Sequence record: OK331996.1
Reading direction: 5' to 3' (one strand)
DNA length: 64,000 bases
Source of the DNA: Escherichia phage vB_EcoM-G157lw
Both the position numbers and the translations under genes were made by a program. Shown piece after piece: positions 1 through 10,237 of this stretch; position 1 is the stretch's first letter; each line of letters begins with the position of its first letter. The notes under the pieces are model-generated. The model had not been told where the DNA came from and searched no databases. It saw nothing but the letters and a program-made list of their open reading frames with translations.

Positions 1-4
1 AATC

Positions 5-298
5 CTATTTAATGAATACTTTAGATGATGCCTGAGCCACAGTATCACCGCATGATATTGGATCAGCCATTTGAACAGCTTTCTTTCCAGTGACATATAC
101 CTTAGAAGTTCTGGGTTGTGTCACTCCGCCATGTGTTTCATATGGCTTTTTAATTTCTGTATGTTCTGTAATTGGATCGCCTGCTACTAGAACAGCAATT
201 CCTCCAGTGAATACTTTACTTTGTGTAGCATTCACAACTGTTGGAGGCCACGCTTCATGACCAGCAGTAACACATTTATCATAACTTAATCCTGACAT
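5..298 (-). CDS. 5.4: PAAR-repeat baseplate spike tip protein (T4 gp5.4-like), 97 aa
   Basis: Complete track ORF; size and position next to gene 5 match T4 gp5.4; recalled similarity. Confidence 0.8.
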
Positions 299-855
299 TA
301 TTGCCTCTCATACACGTAGCTTCTCAGTTTATTAGCCCAACGACTCCAATTTCCAACTATAGTTTTAGTATAATTTTTAACGAGAGTTTTTCTTATTGGA
401 GCAGGAGGATCCGTTGGTTCAGTAGTATCAGAAGATGACCTAGAATTACTGCCAGAACCCCCAGATTCACTTTGTTCTTGGTAGTCATATATTAATGTTA
501 CTTCGTAAGTGAATGTCTTCTGGAGGTTTTGAGGAGCTTTCCATAGATATAACTGAGTATTAGAATCAGTTGGGAGGTCTTCCCATGAAGCAGCAGTTTT
601 AAATTCATCGCCTAAACGATATTTCAACGCGTCATCTCCAAATCCAAACACAGATTCATATGTTCCATATAAGCGATTTTCTTCTACTAAAACCCCAGGA
701 GTTTCTTCGTAACTAGTTATATTTATAGATACTAACGTTTCACCTGTTTCTAATTGAGCGGTAAAGGTGACGTCGATAGAAGAACCTTCCATGGATTCTC
801 CTAAATCAGCGCTCATTGGAAGTATATTAGCCAATGTCAATCCTCGATCCATCAA
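298..855 (-). CDS. hypothetical protein between 5.4 and 5 (5.1 position), 185 aa, Ser/Gly-rich low-complexity stretch
   Basis: Track ORF; overlaps gene 5 stop by about 29 nt so true start may be internal. Confidence 0.6.
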
Positions 856-2554
856 TTGTGTATTGACCGGATGAAATAGAACTCATAGATGCCATTTTTT
901 CTGTCCAATCACCACCAACGTCCCAATCAACTGTCCCAGCAACTTTCCAAGAAAGATTTCCATTTACTGTATTAGTCTGATTTCCTTCAACTAAAGTGGT
1001 AGCATCTCCTTTAACTGTAATGTCAGCATTACCTTCAACTACAATAGTAACATTACCTTTAACTAGGATAGTTCCATTACCTTCAACCGTCTTAGTTTCA
1101 TCGCCACGTACAAATATTGTATTGCTTCCATCTATTTGGTGAAGACGATTATCCATGTTGTAATAAATTTCTGATCCACCGACGTTAGTCTTTTTATCGC
1201 CGGCTACCAAAAAATTACCATCAGCGTTGGTTATATCATACAAATTATCAACAGTTTTTCTTGTTCTTCTCCCTGACGGTGATACTTCTTCATAAGTTCC
1301 AGTTGGATGAACTAATCTATATCGTTCTTGCCCAGGGGTATCATCAAATTCCTGAATATGTCCACTTTCAGTTTCCATTGTATGCACATACGGATATTCG
1401 CCTTTATATGAAGAAACTGGTTCTTTGAATAAAATTCTTGAGTCATTTGGAATAGGAGGGTCAGCTGGATCAGAAGACTTCGCCACAGTAGCAGCCATTG
1501 CCGACAAAGACCTAGCTGGTGTTTTAACTTCAATACCATATGATTCCAAATTTCCGGTAAGAATAATCATGGTAACACGGGATGCACGGCCTTTTGTTTG
1601 TTGATACCACAACGAATCACGACCAGCTTTATATGCTTTTTCCCAATCTCCTGCTAACATAGCAGTTAACATTGTGTTAAATTTAGCTACACCGCCAACA
1701 CCCATCTGAAATGCCATATTTTCTAATGCCATTTGACGAGAACGGTTGACAGCTTGCCAGACTGGTCCTACTTTAGAATGTGATTTAATGTCACGTTGCA
1801 TATCAGCTAAATCACGTTCAAATAAAGTTACCGCTTCTTCCATTGTAATAGAACCTGGATTTCCAGTAATTTCACGACCAACTTGTTTTGATAAAACTTT
1901 ATTAATTTGAGCCATATCACGAACTGGCTGTTTCATGATAAGATGACCAATACCAATTGTCGGATATCCTTCAGTATCCCAATAAACTTTTAGTCTTAAT
2001 CCTTCATCACGGCGAAGCATTTCAGCCATTGACATATTTGGATTATCATCAGTTGGAATCTCTGATAGTGGTCTATCATCGGGATTTATTGCGGTGTCTA
2101 AGTTACTATCTTGGATAACGTTAGAAGACGAATCATATCCTACTTCTCCGCCTTGGTTTAGTACGTTAGTATCATTTCCTAAACGTCTAGGATATTGTCC
2201 AGTTGGATCAGAAAATCCTTCAAGTCTATTCGGTTTTTCGCGAACTATTCCACCATACGTGCCAAGAACAATTCCGTTGGTTTTCCATTTGTCTAAAAAA
2301 TGACCATAAACTCTAGTTCCTTCTACCGGTCCAGTAACGGAGCCTCCAATTCCAGACATTGCTGCAGAAGTTATAGGTTGAATAACTGACATCCATGGTA
2401 ATTTTTCAGTTGGAATACCCATTACATCACCTTGTGCTCTTTGAGGTGGATGCAGACCAACAACACGAACACGAACACGACCTAATTTTAATGGGTCCAT
2501 TCTATCTTCAACAACACCAACAAACCAATTAAGGTTATTACTTATCATTTCCAT
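827..2554 (-). CDS. 5: baseplate central spike / tail-associated lysozyme gp5, 575 aa
   Basis: N-terminus MEMISNNLNWFVGVVED and lysozyme-like core (EMLRRDEGLRLKVYWDTEGYPTIGIGH) match T4 gp5; C-terminal beta-helix VxGxxT repeats. Confidence 0.95.
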   Translation of the reverse strand: MEMISNNLNWFVGVVEDRMDPLKLGRVRVRVVGLHPPQRAQGDVMGIPTEKLPWMSVIQPITSAAMSGIGGSVTGPVEGTRVYGHFLDKWKTNGIVLGTYGGIVREKPNRLEGFSDPTGQYPRRLGNDTNVLNQGGEVGYDSSSNVIQDSNLDTAINPDDRPLSEIPTDDNPNMSMAEMLRRDEGLRLKVYWDTEGYPTIGIGHLIMKQPVRDMAQINKVLSKQVGREITGNPGSITMEEAVTLFERDLADMQRDIKSHSKVGPVWQAVNRSRQMALENMAFQMGVGGVAKFNTMLTAMLAGDWEKAYKAGRDSLWYQQTKGRASRVTMIILTGNLESYGIEVKTPARSLSAMAATVAKSSDPADPPIPNDSRILFKEPVSSYKGEYPYVHTMETESGHIQEFDDTPGQERYRLVHPTGTYEEVSPSGRRTRKTVDNLYDITNADGNFLVAGDKKTNVGGSEIYYNMDNRLHQIDGSNTIFVRGDETKTVEGNGTILVKGNVTIVVEGNADITVKGDATTLVEGNQTNTVNGNLSWKVAGTVDWDVGGDWTEKMASMSSISSGQYTIDGSRIDIG

Positions 2555-3128
2555 AAGATTTCTCCATTATACGTATAAGGTCGTTCATAAATGAATTAAT
2601 GTCTGATTTTGCTATTATTTTTATTTGACGAAGTTTTTCATTTTCAAGAACAGCAGCTTCATACGTATTAACAGCAGCAAGCGCTCCTTCATATTGAGGA
2701 TATTTTTTAGCTTTATCGCCTTTATCATACCAAACATATGGATTATCATCGTATGATATTAAATTGTAAAATTTTTCACCGTTCTCATTCACATGATATA
2801 CTATTTGGTCTCCACCTACGTTTTTGTATTTTTGTATAGATGCTTGATAAGCAGCTTCTTGCGAAGTAATCCATCCATAATATGGATCATAATTATCATT
2901 ACACATCAATAAAACCCAATACAACTGTGGATTTCCATATATAGTATTTGCTAATTCTTCCGGGCGTGGTGAACCTTTGATATAATAAGTACGTAAGCGG
3001 TATCCCGCAAGAGCGCGTTTAAAATAGTCTTTATAGTTTCTAAAAATATCTGTCATAGGAATAGTCGGCGCGTTTTTATTCACCGTTTTGGCCGCATATT
3101 CAATCGGATCAAAAAATGTAAAGAGCAT
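2538..3128 (-). CDS. 53: baseplate wedge protein gp53, 196 aa
   Basis: Size and position (divergent from gene 4, overlapping gene 5 start); recalled T4 gp53. Confidence 0.85.
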   Translation of the reverse strand: MLFTFFDPIEYAAKTVNKNAPTIPMTDIFRNYKDYFKRALAGYRLRTYYIKGSPRPEELANTIYGNPQLYWVLLMCNDNYDPYYGWITSQEAAYQASIQKYKNVGGDQIVYHVNENGEKFYNLISYDDNPYVWYDKGDKAKKYPQYEGALAAVNTYEAAVLENEKLRQIKIIAKSDINSFMNDLIRIMEKSYGNDK

Positions 3129-3142
3129 GGGCCCTCCTGTTT

Positions 3143-3150
3143 ATAAATAT
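3143..3150 (+). promoter_or_regulatory. T4-type late promoter TATAAATA for gene 4
   Basis: Exact TATAAATA about 25 nt upstream of ATG 3176. Confidence 0.6.
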
Positions 3151-3156
3151 ATTATC

Positions 3157-3164
3157 TATTTATA
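3157..3164 (-). promoter_or_regulatory. T4-type late promoter (TATAAATA on minus strand) for gene 53
   Basis: Reverse complement of tatttata lies just upstream of the minus-strand gene 53 start at 3128. Confidence 0.5.
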
Positions 3165-3175
3165 AGGAGAATCCA

Positions 3176-3628
3176 ATGGCATATTCTGGAAAATGGGTTC
3201 CTAAAAATATATCAAAATATAGAGGTGACCCTAAAAAAATTACGTATAGATCAAATTGGGAAAAATTCTTTTTTGAATGGTTAGATAAAAATCCAGAAAT
3301 TATTGCATGGGGTAGTGAAACAGCAGTAATTCCTTATTTTTGTAATGCAGAAGGGAAAAAACGTAGATACTTCATGGATATTTGGATGAAAGATTCTTCT
3401 GGACAAGAATTTTTTATTGAAATAAAACCTAAAAAAGAAACACAACCACCAGTTAAACCAGCACATCTAACAACTGCAGCGAAGAAAAGATTTATGAATG
3501 AAATTTATACCTGGTCTGTGAACACTGACAAATGGAAAGCAGCACAATCTTTAGCTGAAAAGCGTGGAATAAAATTTAGAATTCTAACAGAAGATGGATT
3601 ACGAGCTCTTGGCTTTAAGGGGGCATAA
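3176..3628 (+). CDS. 4: head completion protein gp4, 150 aa
   Basis: Track ORF, RBS AGGAG upstream, T4 gene order 53/4/2/3/1. Confidence 0.85.
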
Positions 3629-4452
3629 TGGCTATTTTTCAAATAATTAATGAAAGCACTCCCCAAGTTCCAAAGGTTAAGCAATCATTAAACGAAAAGA
3701 AATGGATTCAGATAGGTCTTGAATATAAAAAGGCCAAAGCAAAAGGAATGACAGGAAAGCAATTTGCTGAAGAAAGAGGAATCAAATACTCTACGTTTAC
3801 TTCGGCAATGTCAAAATATGCTTCAGGAATTAAAACAGCTGAAAAGATTCAAAAGCTTGAATCAAAACCAATGAATAAGCTCAATAAGCAAGAAAGACAA
3901 CTGCTTATGATAAATTCATTCAGACAAACATTGCGTGATAAAATTCGTAATGAAGGCGCAGCAATTAATAATAAAACCAGAAAATGGTTTGCTGAAACTA
4001 TTAAGCAAGTAAAAGGACATAAAGTTGTTCGCCCGCAGCCGGGACGAATATATGCTTTTGCTTATGATGCTAAACACAAGGAAACTCTTCCTTACTGGGA
4101 TAAATTTCCTTTGATAATTTACCTTGGTTTAGGTAAGCATAATTTAATGTACGGATTAAACTTGCACTATATTCCACCTAAAGCTCGTCAGCAATTTCTA
4201 GAAGAGCTTTTAAAGCAATATGCAAATACACCTACTATTACTAATAAAACGAAATTAAAAATTGATTGGAGTCAAGTGAAAGGATTTAGGGGTGCAGACC
4301 AAATGATTAAGGCATATATACCCGGTAATATTATGGGTAGCCTTGTTGAAATCGCCCCGAAAGACTGGGCGAACGTTGTGTTGATGCCACTTCAGCAGTT
4401 CGTTTCAAAAGGAAAACGTTTCTCTGCAAACAAAGTCTGGTCAAATATCTAA
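3628..4452 (+). CDS. 2: DNA end protector protein gp2, 274 aa
   Basis: TAATG overlap with gene 4; size matches T4 gp2. Confidence 0.85.
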
Positions 4453-4558
4453 TTCTATTATCTTCCATTCTTTTCTGTTGTTTGTTCTAAATGGAATTGA
4501 ATGGAAGGGACTTAGACCCATTATACCACCAACAGTTATAAAGCATTATGAGGAATAT

Positions 4559-5089
4559 ATGTCGCAAGCTCTGCAACAAATTTTTAACCAAGCAAATACA
4601 ACTAACTTTGTAGTATCAATACCACATAGTAATACTACATCTGCTTTTACTTTAAATGCTCAGTCAGTTCCTATTCCAGGAATTAGAATACCTGTTACTG
4701 ATACCGTGACTGGGCCGTTTGGACTGGGCCGAGCACAACGTCCAGGTGTTACATTTGAGTATGATCCACTCATTGTGAGATTTATAGTTGATGAAGAACT
4801 TAAGTCATGGATAGGAATGTATGAATGGATGCTAGGAACTAGCAACTATCTTACAGGTGAAAATACTGCCCAAAAAACAGGTCCTGAGTACATTACGCTT
4901 TACATCTTAGATAATAGCAAAACTGAAATCGTGATGTCAATAAATTTTTATAAGCCTTGGGTTTCTGACCTATCTGAAGTAGAATTTAGCTATACGGAAG
5001 ATTCAGACCCGGCTTTAGTATGTACTGCAACGATTCCTTACACCTATTTTCAAGTAGAAAAAGATGGAAAAATTATAGCAGAAGTTTAA
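4559..5089 (+). CDS. 3: tail completion and sheath stabiliser gp3, 176 aa
   Basis: ATG at 4559 preceded by GAGG; track ORF begins 27 codons upstream. Confidence 0.8.
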   Translation: MSQALQQIFNQANTTNFVVSIPHSNTTSAFTLNAQSVPIPGIRIPVTDTVTGPFGLGRAQRPGVTFEYDPLIVRFIVDEELKSWIGMYEWMLGTSNYLTGENTAQKTGPEYITLYILDNSKTEIVMSINFYKPWVSDLSEVEFSYTEDSDPALVCTATIPYTYFQVEKDGKIIAEV

Positions 5090-5138
5090 TGCTTCAGTTT
5101 TGTGTGTTATAATCTTAATTAAATTTGAGGAGAAACAC

Positions 5139-5863
5139 ATGAAACTAATCTTTTTAAGCGGTGTAAAGCGTAGTGGAAAAGATACTACTGCTGATTTTAT
5201 CATGAGCAATTATTCTGCAGTTAAATACCAACTTGCTGGTCCTATTAAGGATGCATTGGCTTATGCATGGGGAGTATTTGCAGCAAACACTGGCTATCCT
5301 TGCTTAACTCGTAAAGAGTTTGAAGGAATTGACTATGATCGTGAGACTAATTTAAATCTGACTAAATTAGAAGTAATTACGATTATGGAACAAGCATTTT
5401 GCTATCTTAATGGTAAAAGCCCAATTAAGGGTGTGTTTGTTTTTGATGACGAAGGACAAGAATCAGTTAATTCCGTAGCATTTAACAAGATTATTGACGT
5501 TATAAATAATATTGAAGATCAATGGTCAGTCCGTCGTCTGATGCAAGCCCTAGGTACGGATTTGATTGTTAATAACTTCGACCGCATGTACTGGGTAAAA
5601 TTATTTGCTTTAGATTATCTTGATAAATTTAACTCAGGTTATGATTATTATATCGTTCCTGATACTCGTCAAGATCATGAAATGGATGCGGCTAGGGCGA
5701 TGGGTGCTACGGTAATTCATGTAGTTCGTCCTGGTCAAAAATCCAATGATACACATATTACAGAAGCTGGATTGCCAATTCGTGATGGCGATTTAGTAAT
5801 TACAAACGATGGTTCTCTTGAAGAACTTTTTTCTAAAATTAAAAATACACTAAAGGTACTATA

Positions 5864-5864
<1 letters not shown>
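5139..5864 (+). CDS. 1: deoxynucleoside monophosphate kinase gp1, 241 aa
   Basis: Start MKLIFLSGVKRSGKDTTADF (P-loop) after GAGGAG RBS; matches T4 gp1. Confidence 0.9.
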
Positions 5865-6560
<696 letters not shown>

Positions 6561-6561
<1 letters not shown>

Positions 6562-6605
6562 TTTCACAAAGTTGTTTACACGATGATGGAGAAGTGATAT
6601 TATCT
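6561..6605 (+). promoter_or_regulatory. T4-type early promoter (GTTTAC -35 plus AT-rich -10) upstream of ipI
   Basis: tttcacaaagttGTTTACa ... gatattat. Confidence 0.6.
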
Positions 6606-6638
6606 CCATCAACACATTTATTAATTTAGGAAAATAAA

Positions 6639-6923
6639 ATGAAAACTTATCAAGAATTCACTTCAACGACTAACGCTTCTACTTTGACTGAAGCGACCCT
6701 TACTTCTGAAGTTATTAAAGCAAACAAAGGACGTGAAGGTAAACCGATGATTAGCCTGGTTGATGGCGAAGAAGTCAAAGGTACTGTTTACCTGGGTGAT
6801 GGATGGTCCGCTAAGAAAGATGGTGCTACAATCGTTATCTCCCCTGCTGAAGAAACTGCTTTGTTTAAAGCCAAGCATATTTCAGTAGCTCAGCTTAAAA
6901 TTATTGCTAAAAATCTTTTGTAA
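6639..6923 (+). CDS. ipI: internal protein I-locus product with N-terminal capsid targeting sequence, 94 aa
   Basis: N-terminus MKTYQEFTSTTNASTLTE matches the T4 internal-protein CTS consensus MKTYQEF. Confidence 0.75.
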   Translation: MKTYQEFTSTTNASTLTEATLTSEVIKANKGREGKPMISLVDGEEVKGTVYLGDGWSAKKDGATIVISPAEETALFKAKHISVAQLKIIAKNLL

Positions 6924-6924
6924 T

Positions 6925-6975
6925 AAATTTTTCGCAAAGTTGTTTACACAGGGTTTTAGTAGTGATACTATTACC
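6925..6975 (+). promoter_or_regulatory. T4-type early promoter
   Basis: tttttcgcaaagttGTTTACa ... gtgatactat. Confidence 0.55.
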
Positions 6976-6999
6976 CTATCAACTACTGAGGAGAATAAA

Positions 7000-7185
7000 A
7001 TGAAACGTTGTGAATTAATTCGAAATGTTGCTATCGCAATTTCTGCTTCCGCTTTTAGTTTTTCAATGTTTGTTGGATTTATATGCGGATTATTAACTAC
7101 AGCAGAAAATGTATTTTCACTTGTAGTAGCATTTTTAATTGGTTTAATTGCTATCGTTATGGATAAAATTTCTAAAGGTGAGTAA
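7000..7185 (+). CDS. small hydrophobic protein, 61 aa, two predicted TM segments
   Basis: ATG after GAGGAG RBS; track ORF extended upstream through the promoter. Confidence 0.5.
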   Translation: MKRCELIRNVAIAISASAFSFSMFVGFICGLLTTAENVFSLVVAFLIGLIAIVMDKISKGE

Positions 7186-7186
7186 A

Positions 7187-7567
7187 ATGTATAAAGTATA
7201 TGCAGATTATCAGGCTAATCCATCTGAAAAGCCAGATTGCCAAATTGGATGGGCTCATGATACCTTGCTTGAAGCAGTAGATGCTGCTCAAAAATTAGGA
7301 TATAGTTATGTAGATATTGTTCAACCTGGTGGAACAGTTATTACTCTTGAAGAGTTCAATAACATTAAACCAAACTTTTTACTTTTTGCAGGTGATAATT
7401 ATTATCCTCGCGGTGGATATGCTGATTTAATCGCGAAAGCCGCTACCGAAGATGAACTCCGTGACATTATCAAAGAAAATGAGAACAAACCAATGTATGG
7501 TTCTAATCGCTTTGATTGGTGGCAAATTGTAAATGCCCACACTCATACTATTGTTGATGAAGGGTAA
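7187..7567 (+). CDS. hypothetical protein, 126 aa
   Basis: ATG 7187 after AGGTGAG; track ORF. Confidence 0.6.
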   Translation: MYKVYADYQANPSEKPDCQIGWAHDTLLEAVDAAQKLGYSYVDIVQPGGTVITLEEFNNIKPNFLLFAGDNYYPRGGYADLIAKAATEDELRDIIKENENKPMYGSNRFDWWQIVNAHTHTIVDEG

Positions 7568-7570
7568 ATA

Positions 7571-7858
7571 ATGATTCTTTATGCAAAAGTATCATCCATT
7601 GAAAATGGATATAAATATGATCAAGAAGCAGCTAAAGCCTTGATTGATGATTATGGTATTTTAACATGTTTTGAAGTTGAAAAAGTTTACATTGACCGTT
7701 CATCTTCTCAAGTTAAATTAGTGAAGGAAGACCATAAATTTAATACAGTAAATTTTGATTTCTTTATTGAAACAGAAAAAGGTCCTCTTGAATATGATAT
7801 TTTCAAGAATCCTTTGGGTCTTGAGTGCATCGTAAATATGTATTATCATAAATGGTAA
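7571..7858 (+). CDS. hypothetical protein, 95 aa
   Basis: Track ORF, tightly packed after the preceding gene. Confidence 0.55.
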   Translation: MILYAKVSSIENGYKYDQEAAKALIDDYGILTCFEVEKVYIDRSSSQVKLVKEDHKFNTVNFDFFIETEKGPLEYDIFKNPLGLECIVNMYYHKW

Positions 7859-7920
7859 ATATGCTTTAAGAATTATTTGTTATTATTAACTCATACCGCA
7901 CTGATTAATACCCTCTATCA

Positions 7921-7950
7921 TCAAGGGCTCTTGCTTGAGAGCCTTTGTTA
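7921..7950 (+). terminator. stem-loop (ggctct/agagcc) followed by T-run, before the tRNA cluster
   Basis: Inverted repeat read directly. Confidence 0.4.
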
Positions 7951-7955
7951 ATAAT

Positions 7956-8028
7956 TGGGAATTAGCCAAGTTGGTAAGGCACTGGATTTTGATTCCAGGA
8001 TGCAAAGGTTCGAGTCCTTTATTCCCAG
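7956..8028 (+). tRNA. tRNA-Gln (anticodon UUG)
   Basis: Hand-folded cloverleaf: acceptor tgggaat/attccca, anticodon loop ttTTGat, T-loop ttcgagt. Confidence 0.8.
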
Positions 8029-8029
8029 C

Positions 8030-8116
8030 GCGAGAATGGTCAAATTGGTAAAGGCACAGCACTTAAAATGCTGCGGAATGATTTCCTTGTGGGTTCGAGT
8101 CCCACTTCTCGCACCA
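8030..8116 (+). tRNA. tRNA-Leu (anticodon UAA), type II, CCA encoded
   Basis: Acceptor gcgagaa/ttctcgc, anticodon loop ctTAAaa, long variable arm. Confidence 0.8.
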
Positions 8117-8121
8117 AATTT

Positions 8122-8195
<74 letters not shown>

Positions 8196-8205
8196 ATTTA
8201 ATTTA

Positions 8206-8279
8206 CTCCGTGTAGCTCAGTTTGGTAGAGCGCCTGATTTGGGATCAGGAGGTCCAAGGTTCAAATCCTTGTATGGAGA
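8206..8279 (+). tRNA. tRNA-Pro (anticodon UGG)
   Basis: Anticodon stem cctga/tcagg, loop ttTGGga; acceptor with two G-U pairs. Confidence 0.75.
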
Positions 8280-8281
8280 CT

Positions 8282-8371
8282 GGAGGCGTGGCAGAGTGGT
8301 TTAATGCACCGGTCTTGAAAACCGGCAGTCGCTCCGGCGACTCATAGGTTCAAATCCTATCGCCTCCGCCA
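8282..8371 (+). tRNA. tRNA-Ser (anticodon UGA), type II
   Basis: Acceptor ggaggcg/cgcctcc, anticodon loop ctTGAaa, long variable arm. Confidence 0.8.
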
Positions 8372-8376
8372 GTTTT

Positions 8377-8452
8377 GCTGATTTAGCTCAGTAGGTAGAG
8401 CAACTCACTTGTAATGAGAAGGTCGGCGGTTCGATTCCGTCAATCAGCACCA
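8377..8452 (+). tRNA. tRNA-Thr (anticodon UGU)
   Basis: Acceptor gctgatt/aatcagc, anticodon loop ctTGTaa. Confidence 0.8.
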
Positions 8453-8453
8453 A

Positions 8454-8528
8454 GGCCCTGTAGCTGGAAGGTTCAAGCAAGCGACTCATAATCGCCAGAT
8501 GGTGGTTCAATTCCACCCAGGGCCACCA
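8454..8528 (+). tRNA. tRNA-Ile, anticodon CAU (lysidine type as in T4; formally Met by sequence)
   Basis: Acceptor ggccctg/cagggcc, anticodon loop ctCATaa. Confidence 0.7.
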
Positions 8529-8540
8529 AATTATGAATTA

Positions 8541-8627
8541 GGGGAGTTATCCCGTAGAGGTAGCGGTGTGGACTGTAAATCCATTGTCATTGCGACTCGG
8601 GTGGTTCGACTCCATCACTCCCCACCA
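8541..8627 (+). tRNA. tRNA-Tyr (anticodon GUA), type II
   Basis: Acceptor ggggagt/actcccc, anticodon loop ctGTAaa, long variable arm, T-loop ttcgact. Confidence 0.7.
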
Positions 8628-8631
8628 ATTT

Positions 8632-8706
8632 GGATGTGTAGCTCAATGGCAGAGCGATCGCCTGTTAAGCGATTGGTTATAGGTTCGAATCCTATCACGT
8701 CCGCCA
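8632..8706 (+). tRNA. tRNA-Asn (anticodon GUU)
   Basis: Acceptor ggatgtg/cacgtcc, anticodon stem atcgc/gcgat, loop ctGTTaa. Confidence 0.75.
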
Positions 8707-8820
8707 AATTTGTGACAGTTGTCACATTAATATCTACTTGACGCGATTATCGGGGTTGAACTGATCACTCTTCTCTTAATTTCGTGTGAAGACATCTTGA
8801 TTGTTGGAGTAGGTATTAAT

Positions 8821-8896
8821 GTGGCCGTAGTTCAGTTGGTAGAACTCGAGATTGTGATTCTCGTAGTCATGGGTTCGACTCCCATCGGTCACCCCA
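8821..8896 (+). tRNA. tRNA-His (anticodon GUG)
   Basis: Anticodon stem cgaga/tctcg, loop ttGTGat, T-arm atggg/cccat. Confidence 0.75.
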
Positions 8897-8900
8897 ATTA

Positions 8901-8976
8901 CGGGGCATAGCTCAGAAGGAAGAGCAAGGACCTTCTAAGTCCTAGGTCGTAGGTTCGATCCCTACTGCCTCGACCA
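8901..8976 (+). tRNA. tRNA-Arg (anticodon UCU)
   Basis: Anticodon stem aggac/gtcct, loop ctTCTaa, T-loop ttcgatc. Confidence 0.8.
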
Positions 8977-8992
8977 ATTAAGTGAGGAAAAT

Positions 8993-9343
8993 ATGAAAGG
9001 TAATGTTTATTTAGTAGTTCATGATTTAACATTTTACTTCAATGAATATGAAAAACATATCTCATTTCGTGAAATTAATTTACTTTATCAACACGCGGAT
9101 TATATTTATATTCAAAACGAATTTGGTCATTGGCAATTTCTCAAAAATCGTTCATTTGGCTTAGATGGTTACGAATACTTTGAACGTAAAGACCTTTTAG
9201 ATAAAATTCCGTTATCTACACAATATCAAAATCACAAGTCTTTATATAAATGCCGTCCAATTCGAAATGCTGAATCTGCGTATGAAGCAATTGATTTATG
9301 GCGTAAACGTCGTGAACAGATTGATGCTTTAAAAGAATATTAA
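8993..9343 (+). CDS. hypothetical protein, 116 aa
   Basis: ATG after GTGAGGAAA RBS immediately downstream of tRNA-Arg. Confidence 0.6.
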   Translation: MKGNVYLVVHDLTFYFNEYEKHISFREINLLYQHADYIYIQNEFGHWQFLKNRSFGLDGYEYFERKDLLDKIPLSTQYQNHKSLYKCRPIRNAESAYEAIDLWRKRREQIDALKEY

Positions 9344-9349
9344 GAAACC

Positions 9350-9650
9350 GGGTCGCTACCGGTAAGTCGTCGGACTGATGTTCCCTGAGTAAGGAATTGT
9401 GTTAATAAATCTTTATGATTTGTTGATGCCCTCTTACATCACAGCTGAAACGGCGCACCGAATTATCGATTCGAGGAAATATCTTTGCCGTAAGCCGAGT
9501 AGCGTTTTTGACGGAACGTTCGGATATGGTCGAGATATGGCCTTTTAAAAATATTGAGTAGCGTCAACTGCTTGATAACCGGGTTCGAATCCCGGCGTTT
9601 CGTACAAACACTTGCCTTAGCAGGTGGAACCCCGACAAGGTTGCCGCAAG
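9350..9650 (+). ncRNA. candidate stable small RNA(s) with a tRNA-like T-arm (position of T4 species 1/2 RNAs)
   Basis: Non-coding 300 nt with several hairpins including ccgggttcgaatcccgg; ends in a terminator. Confidence 0.35.
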
Positions 9651-9651
9651 G

Positions 9652-9682
9652 CTTAGCCCCAGCCGAAAGGTTGGGGCTTTTT
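9652..9682 (+). terminator. terminator hairpin; upstream copy of a 31-bp direct repeat
   Basis: cttagccccagccgaaaggttggggcttttt. Confidence 0.6.
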
Positions 9683-9684
9683 AG

Positions 9685-9692
9685 TATAAATA
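9685..9692 (+). promoter_or_regulatory. T4-type late promoter TATAAATA
   Basis: Exact TATAAATA about 35 nt upstream of ATG 9729. Confidence 0.5.
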
Positions 9693-9728
9693 AGTATATT
9701 AAATCTACAAATTAAAACAGGAAATAAG

Positions 9729-10202
9729 ATGAAATCATATACTCAATTTTTAAATGAAGCGGTGTTAAATGAAGCATCTAGCACCGAAATTCAAGCTGTC
9801 GCAAAAGCAGCCATTGCAGCGGGTAAATATTCTTACAAAGATGCTTCTGATGAATCACGATTCCAGTTCGCACGCGACATGAAAGCGGAAGGATTTACGG
9901 GAAATGCAGTTAGTATGGCCTGGAAAAGTTTAGTTGCTACTGGCGCTGCTTTTGCAAAGGCTTCGGGTAAACCTGCTCCTAAAGCAGATCCTAAAGTCGC
10001 ACAAGAGAAAAATATTGTTAAAGGAATTATCTCCAAATATGAAGCTATCCTTAAAGAGCTTTTAGTAATCAAAACTGAAGGCCAAAAACTAGCTCGTGCT
10101 TATAGTTTCAAAGATAACCCACATGCTCACTCTCTTGAGTATGTTGAAGACATCCAAAAAATTATTAAAGACCGCATTTGGTCTGCTAAACAAATCAAAT
10201 AA
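9729..10202 (+). CDS. internal-protein-like protein with CTS-like N-terminus, 157 aa
   Basis: N-terminus MKSYTQFLNEAVLNE resembles CTS; flanked by direct-repeat terminators. Confidence 0.7.
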   Translation: MKSYTQFLNEAVLNEASSTEIQAVAKAAIAAGKYSYKDASDESRFQFARDMKAEGFTGNAVSMAWKSLVATGAAFAKASGKPAPKADPKVAQEKNIVKGIISKYEAILKELLVIKTEGQKLARAYSFKDNPHAHSLEYVEDIQKIIKDRIWSAKQIK

Positions 10203-10206
10203 CATT

Positions 10207-10237
10207 CTTAGCCCTAGCCGAAAGGTTGGGGCTTTTT
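10207..10237 (+). terminator. terminator hairpin; downstream copy of the 31-bp direct repeat
   Basis: cttagccctagccgaaaggttggggcttttt, one mismatch to the copy at 9652. Confidence 0.6.

Noticed and set aside
1312-1539. Antisense or out-of-frame track ORFs lying inside well-supported genes (for example 1312-1539 in gene 5, 35414-35632 in nrdD, 47811-48227 in gene 45, 50747-51030 in gene 43, 58349-58579 in gene 41)
   Set aside because: Fully embedded in conserved genes on the other strand or frame, no translation signals, low-complexity translations; typical spurious ORFs in AT-rich DNA.
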